Shown here: piece by piece, positions 15,235-22,167 of the stretch | How the letters are laid out: each line of letters opens with the position of its first letter | How positions within the stretch are numbered: position 1 is the stretch's first letter | IMG/VR virus record: IMGVR_UViG_3300025313_000008 | Location: 1 to 24,377 of that record | Length of the DNA stretch: 24,377 nt | From: a virus | Reading direction: 5' to 3' (one strand) | The notes under the pieces: model-generated | Database searches by the model: none | What the model saw: only the letters and a program-made list of their open reading frames with translations | What the model was told of the DNA's origin: nothing | Position numbers and translations under genes: made by a program

Positions 15235-17232
15235 TTATTTATTCACTAACAGGTTTATAAATGTATCTGTTTCAAGTGCTTCTATTGAAAGATTGATACT
15301 GTTCTTTGTTGGTTCTGTAACGATTTTTGCTCCAACTTTTTCTAATACCTCATTAAATGTTATTTGGTTTGTTGCAAAGTTAGCTAAATAATCCCTTGCT
15401 AATTCTACATATTTGCCACCGCGAATTGCTATAGTGTCTCCTAATGCGGTTTCATTGAAATAGAATCTACATTCTCCATCTTTAACTGTTCCAAGTCCAA
15501 TAACTTTTTGGTTTACATCAATTACGCTTTTTACAACACATTTTAAATGATTTGGATTTATTGTGTAGTTTCTGCCAAAGCTATTAGGATGTTCTTCTGC
15601 AATCATTATTTTAAATGGTATTGGCGTACTTTTATCAAAATTAAAGTAGTTCAATGTTAGTAATAATGTGTCATCATAATCTTTGTTTATATAGAATAAT
15701 TCACTTGCTCCATTAGGTGCATCTGTAATATCCCCACTAAACAAAACGCTTCTATTGCCACTTCTGTAACTTGAATTCCAACCAATATGTCCACTGTTGA
15801 TAGCCATTGAATGTAAATCAAGATCAACTCTACGTGTTCCGTTATGGGTATCATATCTTCCATAATAATCGTCATCGTTTCTAGTTGCTTTATCAACTTT
15901 GACATTTTCCCAATATACACCAAATATCATATCCTTGCCAACTGTTATATAACTTCCACTAGGAATGTTTCCAGTAAATTGTTTTTCAGTTGCCGGTAAA
16001 GCATATGTTACATTTTCTGGAATATAGAATTCTTTTCCCTTTAAGTGCTTCAAATCTTTTGCTATTGATTTTAATACAACATCGTATACCTTTTTTGCAC
16101 CTTCAACGTTATCAAAATTCATTTCTGTAGCAAATGCCTTACCATTTCTTATTTTATACATTATGCTATTAGAATCTGACATGCGATAATTTAATGATTG
16201 TGCTAATCTAATCTTTCTAAAGATATTTACTCTATCTAGTTCTTCATTAAGTTTTACAGCACTTATTCTTCCTTCCCTTTTTAATATTCCCGTGATGTTG
16301 TTTAACAATGATTGTTTCATTGGTTTATGATATTTATCAGCCAAATGACTAATTCTATTGATTATTGCTCTCATTGCCTTATCATCAGATTTGAATGCGA
16401 GGAATAATGGTTTAAATCGTAAGAATATTTCTGCCAATCGTCTTATTCCAATACTTTTATCGTACTCAATGAATGAATCTACTATATCTACATCCGATGC
16501 TTTGATAGTTTCTATTGTCTTTTTATTTATAATTACAAGAGAATTTCCTGTAGTCTTGAATATTATTAATCTCAAAAATTCAAGAGGATCTTTTGGCATG
16601 ATATCCATTATAGTGTAAAGTCTGATTCTAACCTCTTTATTTCTAATTAATGAAACATCTTCTTCTGTTAAATCACAATATTTTGCAACTTCAATTACTT
16701 CGTCGAGACTCTTTAGAGCAATTCCACTACCAAGTATTTTTAATAGTTTTTCCTTTAATTGTTTTTTTGTGTACCCTTTAATTATGGTTAGTTTTATGCC
16801 GTCTTTGATTTCTGGCACATCTAGTTTTTCATTTGGTATGAAAACTGTGCTTTCATCATATACCCCCATTGCTTCATATCCATATGTTGTCATGTAATGG
16901 AATACTTGTTCTATCAATAATTGGAAATATGGTGCATCTCTGACTTTTTTCCATGATTTGTGAAAAGATGAATTCATCTGCTCTGGAGTAATACCAATTT
17001 CATCTGCTACTTTTTCAATTAAAAAACCTAATTCTCTTTCAGTATAATTTCCTGCTATTTCTCTCGAAAACATGAATCCATGATTTATTGTTTCCTCTGA
17101 AATATTCATTGATGGATTTTTCTTGTTTTGAGTACTTACAGGTATTGCTTTGAACAGTTTTAAAGTGCTATGAACAAGTGAGGAGTAAGTTTCACCATTG
17201 AAGTTTTTAGGAACTCCTTTTACTTCGCTCAT
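15235..17232 (-). CDS. ROT/TROVE-like helical repeat + C-terminal TerD-like domain protein
   Basis: 665 aa; helical N-terminal and middle region; C-terminal VDLDLH, GWNSSYR, FSGDITDAPNGASE motifs of TerD-like domains; family assignment recalled, not searched. Confidence 0.65.
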   Translation of the reverse strand: MSEVKGVPKNFNGETYSSLVHSTLKLFKAIPVSTQNKKNPSMNISEETINHGFMFSREIAGNYTERELGFLIEKVADEIGITPEQMNSSFHKSWKKVRDAPYFQLLIEQVFHYMTTYGYEAMGVYDESTVFIPNEKLDVPEIKDGIKLTIIKGYTKKQLKEKLLKILGSGIALKSLDEVIEVAKYCDLTEEDVSLIRNKEVRIRLYTIMDIMPKDPLEFLRLIIFKTTGNSLVIINKKTIETIKASDVDIVDSFIEYDKSIGIRRLAEIFLRFKPLFLAFKSDDKAMRAIINRISHLADKYHKPMKQSLLNNITGILKREGRISAVKLNEELDRVNIFRKIRLAQSLNYRMSDSNSIMYKIRNGKAFATEMNFDNVEGAKKVYDVVLKSIAKDLKHLKGKEFYIPENVTYALPATEKQFTGNIPSGSYITVGKDMIFGVYWENVKVDKATRNDDDYYGRYDTHNGTRRVDLDLHSMAINSGHIGWNSSYRSGNRSVLFSGDITDAPNGASELFYINKDYDDTLLLTLNYFNFDKSTPIPFKIMIAEEHPNSFGRNYTINPNHLKCVVKSVIDVNQKVIGLGTVKDGECRFYFNETALGDTIAIRGGKYVELARDYLANFATNQITFNEVLEKVGAKIVTEPTKNSINLSIEALETDTFINLLVNK
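17170..17232 (-). ncRNA. structured RNA motif, copy A (overlaps the start codon and first 21 codons)
   Basis: ATGAGC-G-AAGT-AAA-AGGAGT-TCCTA..TTCA/TGAA..ACTCCT-C-ACTT-GTTCAT. Confidence 0.75.
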
Positions 17233-17240
17233 TCCATAGG

Positions 17241-17263
17241 TTTATTAATCGCTTAATATATAC
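17241..17263. promoter_or_regulatory. divergent overlapping TATA boxes (tRNA on +, ROT/TerD gene on -)
   Basis: + TTTATTAA at 17241-17248; - TATATATTAA at 17262-17253; each roughly 20-25 nt from its start. Confidence 0.55.
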
Positions 17264-17271
17264 TTTATGCT

Positions 17272-17342
17272 ATCGGTTTAGTTCAACGGTAGAACATTGG
17301 GCTCATACCCCAAGAACCATGGTTCGACTCCATGTTCCGGTA
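17272..17342 (+). tRNA. tRNA-Met(CAT), initiator-type, with two U-U mismatches in the acceptor stem
   Basis: Cloverleaf: GTTC/GAAC, TTGGG-CTCATAC-CCCAA, CATGG-TTCGACT-CCATG; A1:U72 and three G-C anticodon-stem pairs; no encoded CCA. Confidence 0.88.
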
Positions 17343-17465
17343 TTACTTTATAAAACCATATCTCTTTAAACAATCCACACAAATTACCCCAAGAGCCGAT
17401 GCCTTTTCTTTTCTACATAGTCTACATGGTAAATCATAATCTGTTCTTTTGCCACTATCTTCCAA
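17343..17465 (-). CDS. 40-aa CxxC..CxxC micro-protein (TTG start)
   Basis: PCRLCRK...ICVDCLKR; TTAATAT box upstream; stop abuts the tRNA 3' end. Confidence 0.55.
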   Translation of the reverse strand: MEDSGKRTDYDLPCRLCRKEKASALGVICVDCLKRYGFIK

Positions 17466-17501
17466 TACTTAGTTTAGCCTAATCAATAATATTAACTTAT
17501 A

Positions 17502-17567
17502 TGGTGATATGATAGAATAGACGGATGGTACTTACGCCCTATCAGCGAATATCCTATCTTATCACCA
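17502..17567. ncRNA. long hairpin, candidate small RNA
   Basis: tggtgatatgatagaata / tatcctatcttatcacca (16/18 paired) plus inner gatgg/ctatc. Confidence 0.5.
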
Positions 17568-17581
17568 AAAATAAATTATAT

Positions 17582-17807
17582 TTACTCCTTTATAAGATTA
17601 TTGGTTTTGGGTTTAGAATATCTAAATTCTAACAAAAGAGCGATGAAGTTTTCAGGCAAATATATTGAAGGCGTGTATAGATGTTGACACTTTTTACACC
17701 ATTTTTCTATAGAAACTATATGTTGTTTCCTTAGTTTATCCACTTGGTGAAAATGATACGCTACAACGTGTTCTGCTAACTGGGATGTTCTTAGTCTTTT
17801 TCACCAT
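17582..17807 (-). pseudogene. frameshifted 74-aa ORF (extra A in an A5 run after codon 2)
   Basis: ATG GTG AAAAA G...; removing one A gives MVKRLRTSQLAEHVVAYHFHQ...WCKKCQH...; good TTTATATA box upstream. Confidence 0.5.
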
Positions 17808-17867
17808 AGTTACTAAAACAACGCCATATATAAATGTAAAAAAAAGGTAAATGAGCTACTTGCGGAT

Positions 17868-18071
17868 TTATAGATCTCCGTTTTCGTAGGCTCTGTTTGT
17901 TTGTTTAATACCTATTACAGTCAAAATGACAAATATTGCAGTTGTAACTATACCTGTTGCATCGTCATTATAATTTCCTGCTAATACTGGGGCTACTGTT
18001 TGCACAATTCCACCAACTGCACCGACTGTTAGGACTCCTAAGCTTTTTAGGGCTACTTTCCAATTAACCAT
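17868..18071 (-). CDS. 67-aa 2-TM membrane protein
   Basis: Two hydrophobic helices; own TTTAAA box and downstream T-tract. Confidence 0.8.
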   Translation of the reverse strand: MVNWKVALKSLGVLTVGAVGGIVQTVAPVLAGNYNDDATGIVTTAIFVILTVIGIKQTNRAYENGDL

Positions 18072-18118
18072 AGACCTGACTTCTTAGACGTAGTATTTAA
18101 ACATAAACCTACGCTTGG

Positions 18119-18355
18119 CTAGTCATGGCACTCATTTGACCATTCGCCATCTGTTATAACTTCGTCACATTCTCTACAATATGCCTTAATTTTCTTATCT
18201 TCTATCTTTAAAACCACAAGATTTATACCTTTATGACATATTTTACCACATTTTGTTATGCCTCCACAATGTTTTGGTGGAACATACCATCCATTAAAAC
18301 CAAGATTACCACTTAATGTATAATGTGGTTGTGTTGCTGATGTTGTGCTACTCAT
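18119..18355 (-). CDS. zinc-finger protein
   Basis: HCGG..KCG...YCREC. Confidence 0.6.
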   Translation of the reverse strand: MSSTTSATQPHYTLSGNLGFNGWYVPPKHCGGITKCGKICHKGINLVVLKIEDKKIKAYCRECDEVITDGEWSNECHD

Positions 18356-18678
18356 ACTCCCACCAACATATTTGTAACTCTTTCGAATATACTAACCATA
18401 TATTGCCCAGTCATCATGTCCATTATTCTATCTGCTATTCCGTTTTGAAATACATAATCTACTCCTTCTTTTAACACTCTTTCTTCTACTACATCAATTA
18501 TCTTAAAGACCGTTTGATTTGCAATTTGTGTAGTATTTTCTCCCGAATCTATTCCACTTAATACATCCGGCATGATGCCTTTAACTTCATTAGGAACCAT
18601 AAAATTCCATAAACTAAATGCGTTGTCGGGTGTTGGGTTTCTTATTATTGTGTTAAAATCAATCATCTTTTTTACCAA
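18352..18678 (-). CDS. hypothetical protein
   Basis: ORF track; ATGA coupling. Confidence 0.65.
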   Translation of the reverse strand: MVKKMIDFNTIIRNPTPDNAFSLWNFMVPNEVKGIMPDVLSGIDSGENTTQIANQTVFKIIDVVEERVLKEGVDYVFQNGIADRIMDMMTGQYMVSIFERVTNMLVGV

Positions 18679-18973
18679 ACTCCTTATTTTCTCTCATATA
18701 AGCCAATTCTACCTCAGACATAGTACGAGCACCAAGATAATCCAAAGTATATTGAAGTAAAACAATATGAGAACCACCTGAATGATGTTGACAATTAGTC
18801 CAATGAGACATTTCATCTGCTATTTTTTGTGCTTTTTTGCATTCTTCTTTTGTAAATGGTTTAGTTTCGTTTGCTAACCACAATGCATATGTATGAAACC
18901 AATTCTCTTTTGGTAAATGAGCCATTATTGATTTGGCATTACCAACTAATCCTTTATACAAAGTTTCAGTCAT
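18659..18973 (-). CDS. hypothetical protein
   Basis: ORF track. Confidence 0.7.
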   Translation of the reverse strand: MTETLYKGLVGNAKSIMAHLPKENWFHTYALWLANETKPFTKEECKKAQKIADEMSHWTNCQHHSGGSHIVLLQYTLDYLGARTMSEVELAYMRENKEFGKKDD

Positions 18974-19098
18974 GGATTAATTCCTCCCATTTGCGTGACT
19001 TTGATACTTCCATATACTATTGCTCCTAGTATAATACCTAATAAAAGTGTAAACTTTAAATCAATTTGTTCATTACTTACTTTCGGCTTTCCATTCAT
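18970..19098 (-). CDS. 42-aa single-TM protein
   Basis: MNGKPKVSNEQIDLKFTLLLGIILGAIVYGSIKV...; ATGA coupling. Confidence 0.6.
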   Translation of the reverse strand: MNGKPKVSNEQIDLKFTLLLGIILGAIVYGSIKVTQMGGINP

Positions 19099-19107
19099 TA
19101 TAATAAG

Positions 19108-19554
19108 TTAGTGAATAGGTAATATATACCTATAATATTCTCCACTAATTACCTGATTTGCCATGTAGTCCCACAGTCTTTTATACTTAATCTTAAATCC
19201 TTTCTTATGTTTACTTGTTCTATGGTGTGCTAATTCATGGCACATTAATTCTATTAGTGCAAGATTTCCATATATTTCATGCCTTTCATTATGTCCAACA
19301 TATTTTGTTGTATAAACCTCTTGTTCTAACAAAGTCTTCTGCTTGATAACTACTCTATGTGGTTTTGCATTTGAAAAATATGCGTAGCATCCACTCATGT
19401 TACCTCGTCCTTTTCTAAGCAATCTGCTATTTTCTTTACTAAATGCAATTATTGTAGTTGGCGTAATCTTCATAATATCATTTGGAAACTTCTCTTTGAG
19501 TATTATAGCCGTTTTGAAACAAATGGCAATTCCTTTATTGATTTTATTGTTCAT
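19108..19554 (-). CDS. SprT/YgjP-like HExxH zinc metalloprotease domain protein
   Basis: LMCHELAHH....H.KGF; probable start at ATG 19554 given the TTTATATA box upstream. Confidence 0.7.
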   Translation of the reverse strand: MNNKINKGIAICFKTAIILKEKFPNDIMKITPTTIIAFSKENSRLLRKGRGNMSGCYAYFSNAKPHRVVIKQKTLLEQEVYTTKYVGHNERHEIYGNLALIELMCHELAHHRTSKHKKGFKIKYKRLWDYMANQVISGEYYRYILPIH

Positions 19555-19600
19555 ACATATCTTATATACTATGCGGTATATAAATGTTTGTTGATACAAA

Positions 19601-19772
19601 ATGTGTGGCTGGATAGTTACTCCAGTCCTCTTGTCTTTGTTAAGGTTTTATTTGTCATCCAAGTGTGCAAACTCACACCACCACACATATTATATATTGT
19701 TGCAGAGCCTAATAAATTTACTTCGGATAAGGACACCGCATCTGACACGCAGATCTCTGACTCTCTCACAAC
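19601..19772 (-). ncRNA. two adjacent multi-stem RNA modules (candidate small RNA or RNAs)
   Basis: ATGTGTGG/CCACACAT enclosing GTGTG/CACAC and CTGGA/TCCAG; TTGT/ACAA and CAGAG/CTCTG enclosing ATCTG/CAGAT and CGG/CCG; TATA at ~19797-19791. Confidence 0.5.
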
Positions 19773-19818
19773 ATAGGTTATGTGTAGTTGCTTATAAAAA
19801 TAAAAAATGAAAGAAGAC

Positions 19819-20082
19819 TTAAATTAGTCCTTCTTTTTCGTATTTGGCTCTTTTGACTTCATAATCTGCAAGTTGTTTTCTTCGTGTTTCAAGATTCTTA
19901 TCAATACCTTTTAGGGCTTTGTTAATGAATGCTTCATTAAGACCTTTTCCTAAATATGATTCAGTTTTTACGCGTTCTTTTTCTAGGCTTGCAATATTTT
20001 CTTTAATGAATTTAATCTGCAGATCTATTTGCTTTCGAGTCCCCTCTTTTGCTCTTTCTGAGTGCTTTGCCATAATAAGCAA
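19819..20082 (-). CDS. coiled-coil hypothetical protein (likely start 20073)
   Basis: ORF track; TATA spacing favours ATG 20073. Confidence 0.75.
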   Translation of the reverse strand: MLIMAKHSERAKEGTRKQIDLQIKFIKENIASLEKERVKTESYLGKGLNEAFINKALKGIDKNLETRRKQLADYEVKRAKYEKEGLI

Positions 20083-20106
20083 TGGATGTAATTAGTATAT
20101 AACTTT

Positions 20107-20349
20107 TTAAAGCTTTCTTCGTCCTGTTCCTCTTCCAGTAGACACATATCTACCTTTTGAAGATGTTTTACTGCCCTTTTTCTTTTTCAAGTCCTTTACT
20201 TTTACTTGTCTGGTTCCTCTATCCACAGATACTGTTCCTTCGTCATCTGCTTTATCAAGTGATTTGTCTAAGAATTTTTTGAATTCTTTACCAGTCCAAT
20301 TTTCGGGGTTTTCAGGTAATTTGCTCTTTTTGGTTCCTCTATTTGCCAT
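20107..20349 (-). CDS. small Lys/Arg-rich protein
   Basis: Basic composition; TTTATATA box ~24 nt upstream. Confidence 0.75.
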   Translation of the reverse strand: MANRGTKKSKLPENPENWTGKEFKKFLDKSLDKADDEGTVSVDRGTRQVKVKDLKKKKGSKTSSKGRYVSTGRGTGRRKL

Positions 20350-20371
20350 ACTATCCTATAACACACCATCC

Positions 20372-20554
20372 TTATATAAATTTAAAAAAATGAAATTTGC
20401 AGATCTTACATCTGCTCACGATTAGCCCTTTTGTGTTCTTTATTTCATACACTTGGTGGCTATGTCCTCGTGCTTTTCTTCGCACATACCGACGATATCG
20501 TAAAATTTGTCGTTTTTTACGAGTATCAGTATATGGTACTCTTGTATAAGGCAT
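20372..20554 (-). CDS. very basic small protein with HxH..CxxC
   Basis: ORF track. Confidence 0.6.
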   Translation of the reverse strand: MPYTRVPYTDTRKKRQILRYRRYVRRKARGHSHQVYEIKNTKGLIVSRCKICKFHFFKFI

Positions 20555-20608
20555 TATGTATGACTCATACTTTTCACATAATTACTATACAGTGGTTCTA
20601 TTTAAATT

Positions 20609-20747
20609 ACGTGTTCTTAAAGTGGCTCAGTTATCGAACAATTTATACAGCCTTCATCGCCACAACACGTTTGATAAAGATACCACGTTGCTCTTTATCA
20701 GATCATCGGGCTATTAACCCTCGGAAATCTCCCCCTTCTTGAAACCG
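20609..20747 (-). ncRNA. candidate small RNA with a box C/D-like K-turn
   Basis: TGATAAAGA/TCTTTATCA; ACGTGTT/AACACGT; GTGGC-GAT-GA-AG..CT-GA-GCCAC; TATA TTATATAA at 20774-20767. Confidence 0.6.
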
Positions 20748-20778
20748 TCTGTCCTACCACGACATATTATATAACGTA

Positions 20779-21762
20779 TTACTTGTATATAATTGTAATG
20801 TTATGGTTTTTATGATCTGTTACTTCAGGCTTAAGAATTACTTTTCTTCCACAATTCTCACATTTAAAATTGAGAGAGGATAATTTTATTTTATTGTGTT
20901 CACATAAGTCTTCTATATCTTTCCAAAAAGTGTCATCGTATTTCAATTTTACTTCTTTTAAATCAAATTCCTCTAAAAATTCTTTAAATCTGATTTTACT
21001 AACATCCGCGTTCATTACACTTTGTACTTTTTGTTTTATTACAACTTCAGGTAATGGTGGAAATACCAATGTTTGATTAAAATGACTTAGATGATATAAT
21101 AGTTCATCTTCCTTTAAACCAAAACTATGTCTCATTGCTACTCCAAGCGTATACACACTGTAATCTCTTTCTCCTTCTTTTACACCTTTTAAAATTTCAA
21201 CAACTCCTTTCTTTATACGTTCTGGATTGAACCCATGATTCGATAAACTATTAATGAAGCCATCCAAATCTATATCCTGTATATCCAATGTGCTTGAAAT
21301 TATTTTATATTCTTTACCAGTCTCTGGATTGATTGAACCCGGAATTAATACGTAAGTTCCTTGTGATTGAATATCTATGCGTTGACCTTTATCATTTTTT
21401 AACCTCAAACTTGTTTCAGGTAATTTTCCCTTTGGTTTAACACATACATGATATCCTTTTCCAGTTTCAACTATCAATGTTTCTTTTTTTCTTTTTTCCC
21501 AGTCATCAAAAACTTTTGATAACTCACGATCATCAAGGTCTATAACTACTAAATTACCCGATGACGTACCACAAATAACTGCTCCATTTTGTCCTTCTTT
21601 AATTTCCATATTACATTTTTCAGTTTGAAATATCTTCCAACCGGGCTTACCAGTTTGTGGGTTTATTGGCATATTTGTTTCATCTGGAAGTTTAGACTTT
21701 GGTTTAAGTGGTATTACATTTAGTCCTTTTTCCCTGTAAAGTTTTACAAACCCCTGTATCAT
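20779..21762 (-). CDS. bifunctional primase-polymerase (Prim-Pol + PriCT-1-like) with C-terminal Zn motif
   Basis: GLNVIPL...SKLP, LVVIDLD, ETGKGYH, IDIQSQGTYVLIPGS, EGERD, PPLPE. Confidence 0.9.
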   Translation of the reverse strand: MIQGFVKLYREKGLNVIPLKPKSKLPDETNMPINPQTGKPGWKIFQTEKCNMEIKEGQNGAVICGTSSGNLVVIDLDDRELSKVFDDWEKRKKETLIVETGKGYHVCVKPKGKLPETSLRLKNDKGQRIDIQSQGTYVLIPGSINPETGKEYKIISSTLDIQDIDLDGFINSLSNHGFNPERIKKGVVEILKGVKEGERDYSVYTLGVAMRHSFGLKEDELLYHLSHFNQTLVFPPLPEVVIKQKVQSVMNADVSKIRFKEFLEEFDLKEVKLKYDDTFWKDIEDLCEHNKIKLSSLNFKCENCGRKVILKPEVTDHKNHNITIIYK

Positions 21763-21796
21763 ATTACTACATTTATGTTAAGCCTTAATATAAATT

Positions 21797-21899
21797 GATA
21801 GGGCTCCACGGACAGAGGCACCTATCTGACAATGAAATCACGGAAAAATTTCTAAACCGTTGTCCAGTGGTCAGATGCTTTGCATGACAGCATTTGCAA
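21797..21899 (-). ncRNA. candidate pseudoknotted RNA upstream of the primase
   Basis: ATCTGAC/GTCAGAT, ACGG/CCGT, GATAGG..CTC/GAG..CCTATC whose 8-nt loop TGTCCGTG pairs with upstream CAC(T)GGACA; TATA at 21929-21922. Confidence 0.6.
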
Positions 21900-21935
21900 C
21901 ATAAGTAATTGTTAATTACGTAATATAAATGATAA

Positions 21936-22121
21936 CTATTCATTAGTTAGTTTTGCGTCTACCAAAAAGTCCTTTGTTGTTAGGTATGTCCTTGCTATAT
22001 TCCATCTACTACTCCATGTAAAATTATCTAATAATACGTAACATGTTTTGCACATCATAGTAGTCCAAGATTCGCCTCTGCCTTTACGATGAACCCCTTC
22101 ACAAAGCCTACAACGTGTCAT
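21936..22121 (-). CDS. zinc-finger micro-protein
   Basis: CRLC...CKTC. Confidence 0.65.
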   Translation of the reverse strand: MTRCRLCEGVHRKGRGESWTTMMCKTCYVLLDNFTWSSRWNIARTYLTTKDFLVDAKLTNE

Positions 22122-22167
22122 ACCCAGCTATATAAAGGCGGGACCCCACATATAAATGTACCGAAAT

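Noticed and set aside
15175-17232. Flanking repeats as att sites, target-site duplications or CRISPR repeats
   Set aside because: Only two imperfect copies whose differences are compensatory in stems; no integrase, transposase or cas gene and no spacer periodicity
17272-17465. Zn-finger ORF reading antisense through the tRNA
   Set aside because: Frame check shows a TAA at 17345-17343, ending just before the tRNA
17502-17567. Hammerhead ribozyme
   Set aside because: CTGATAG is not CUGANGA, and there is no properly placed GAAA or three-stem core
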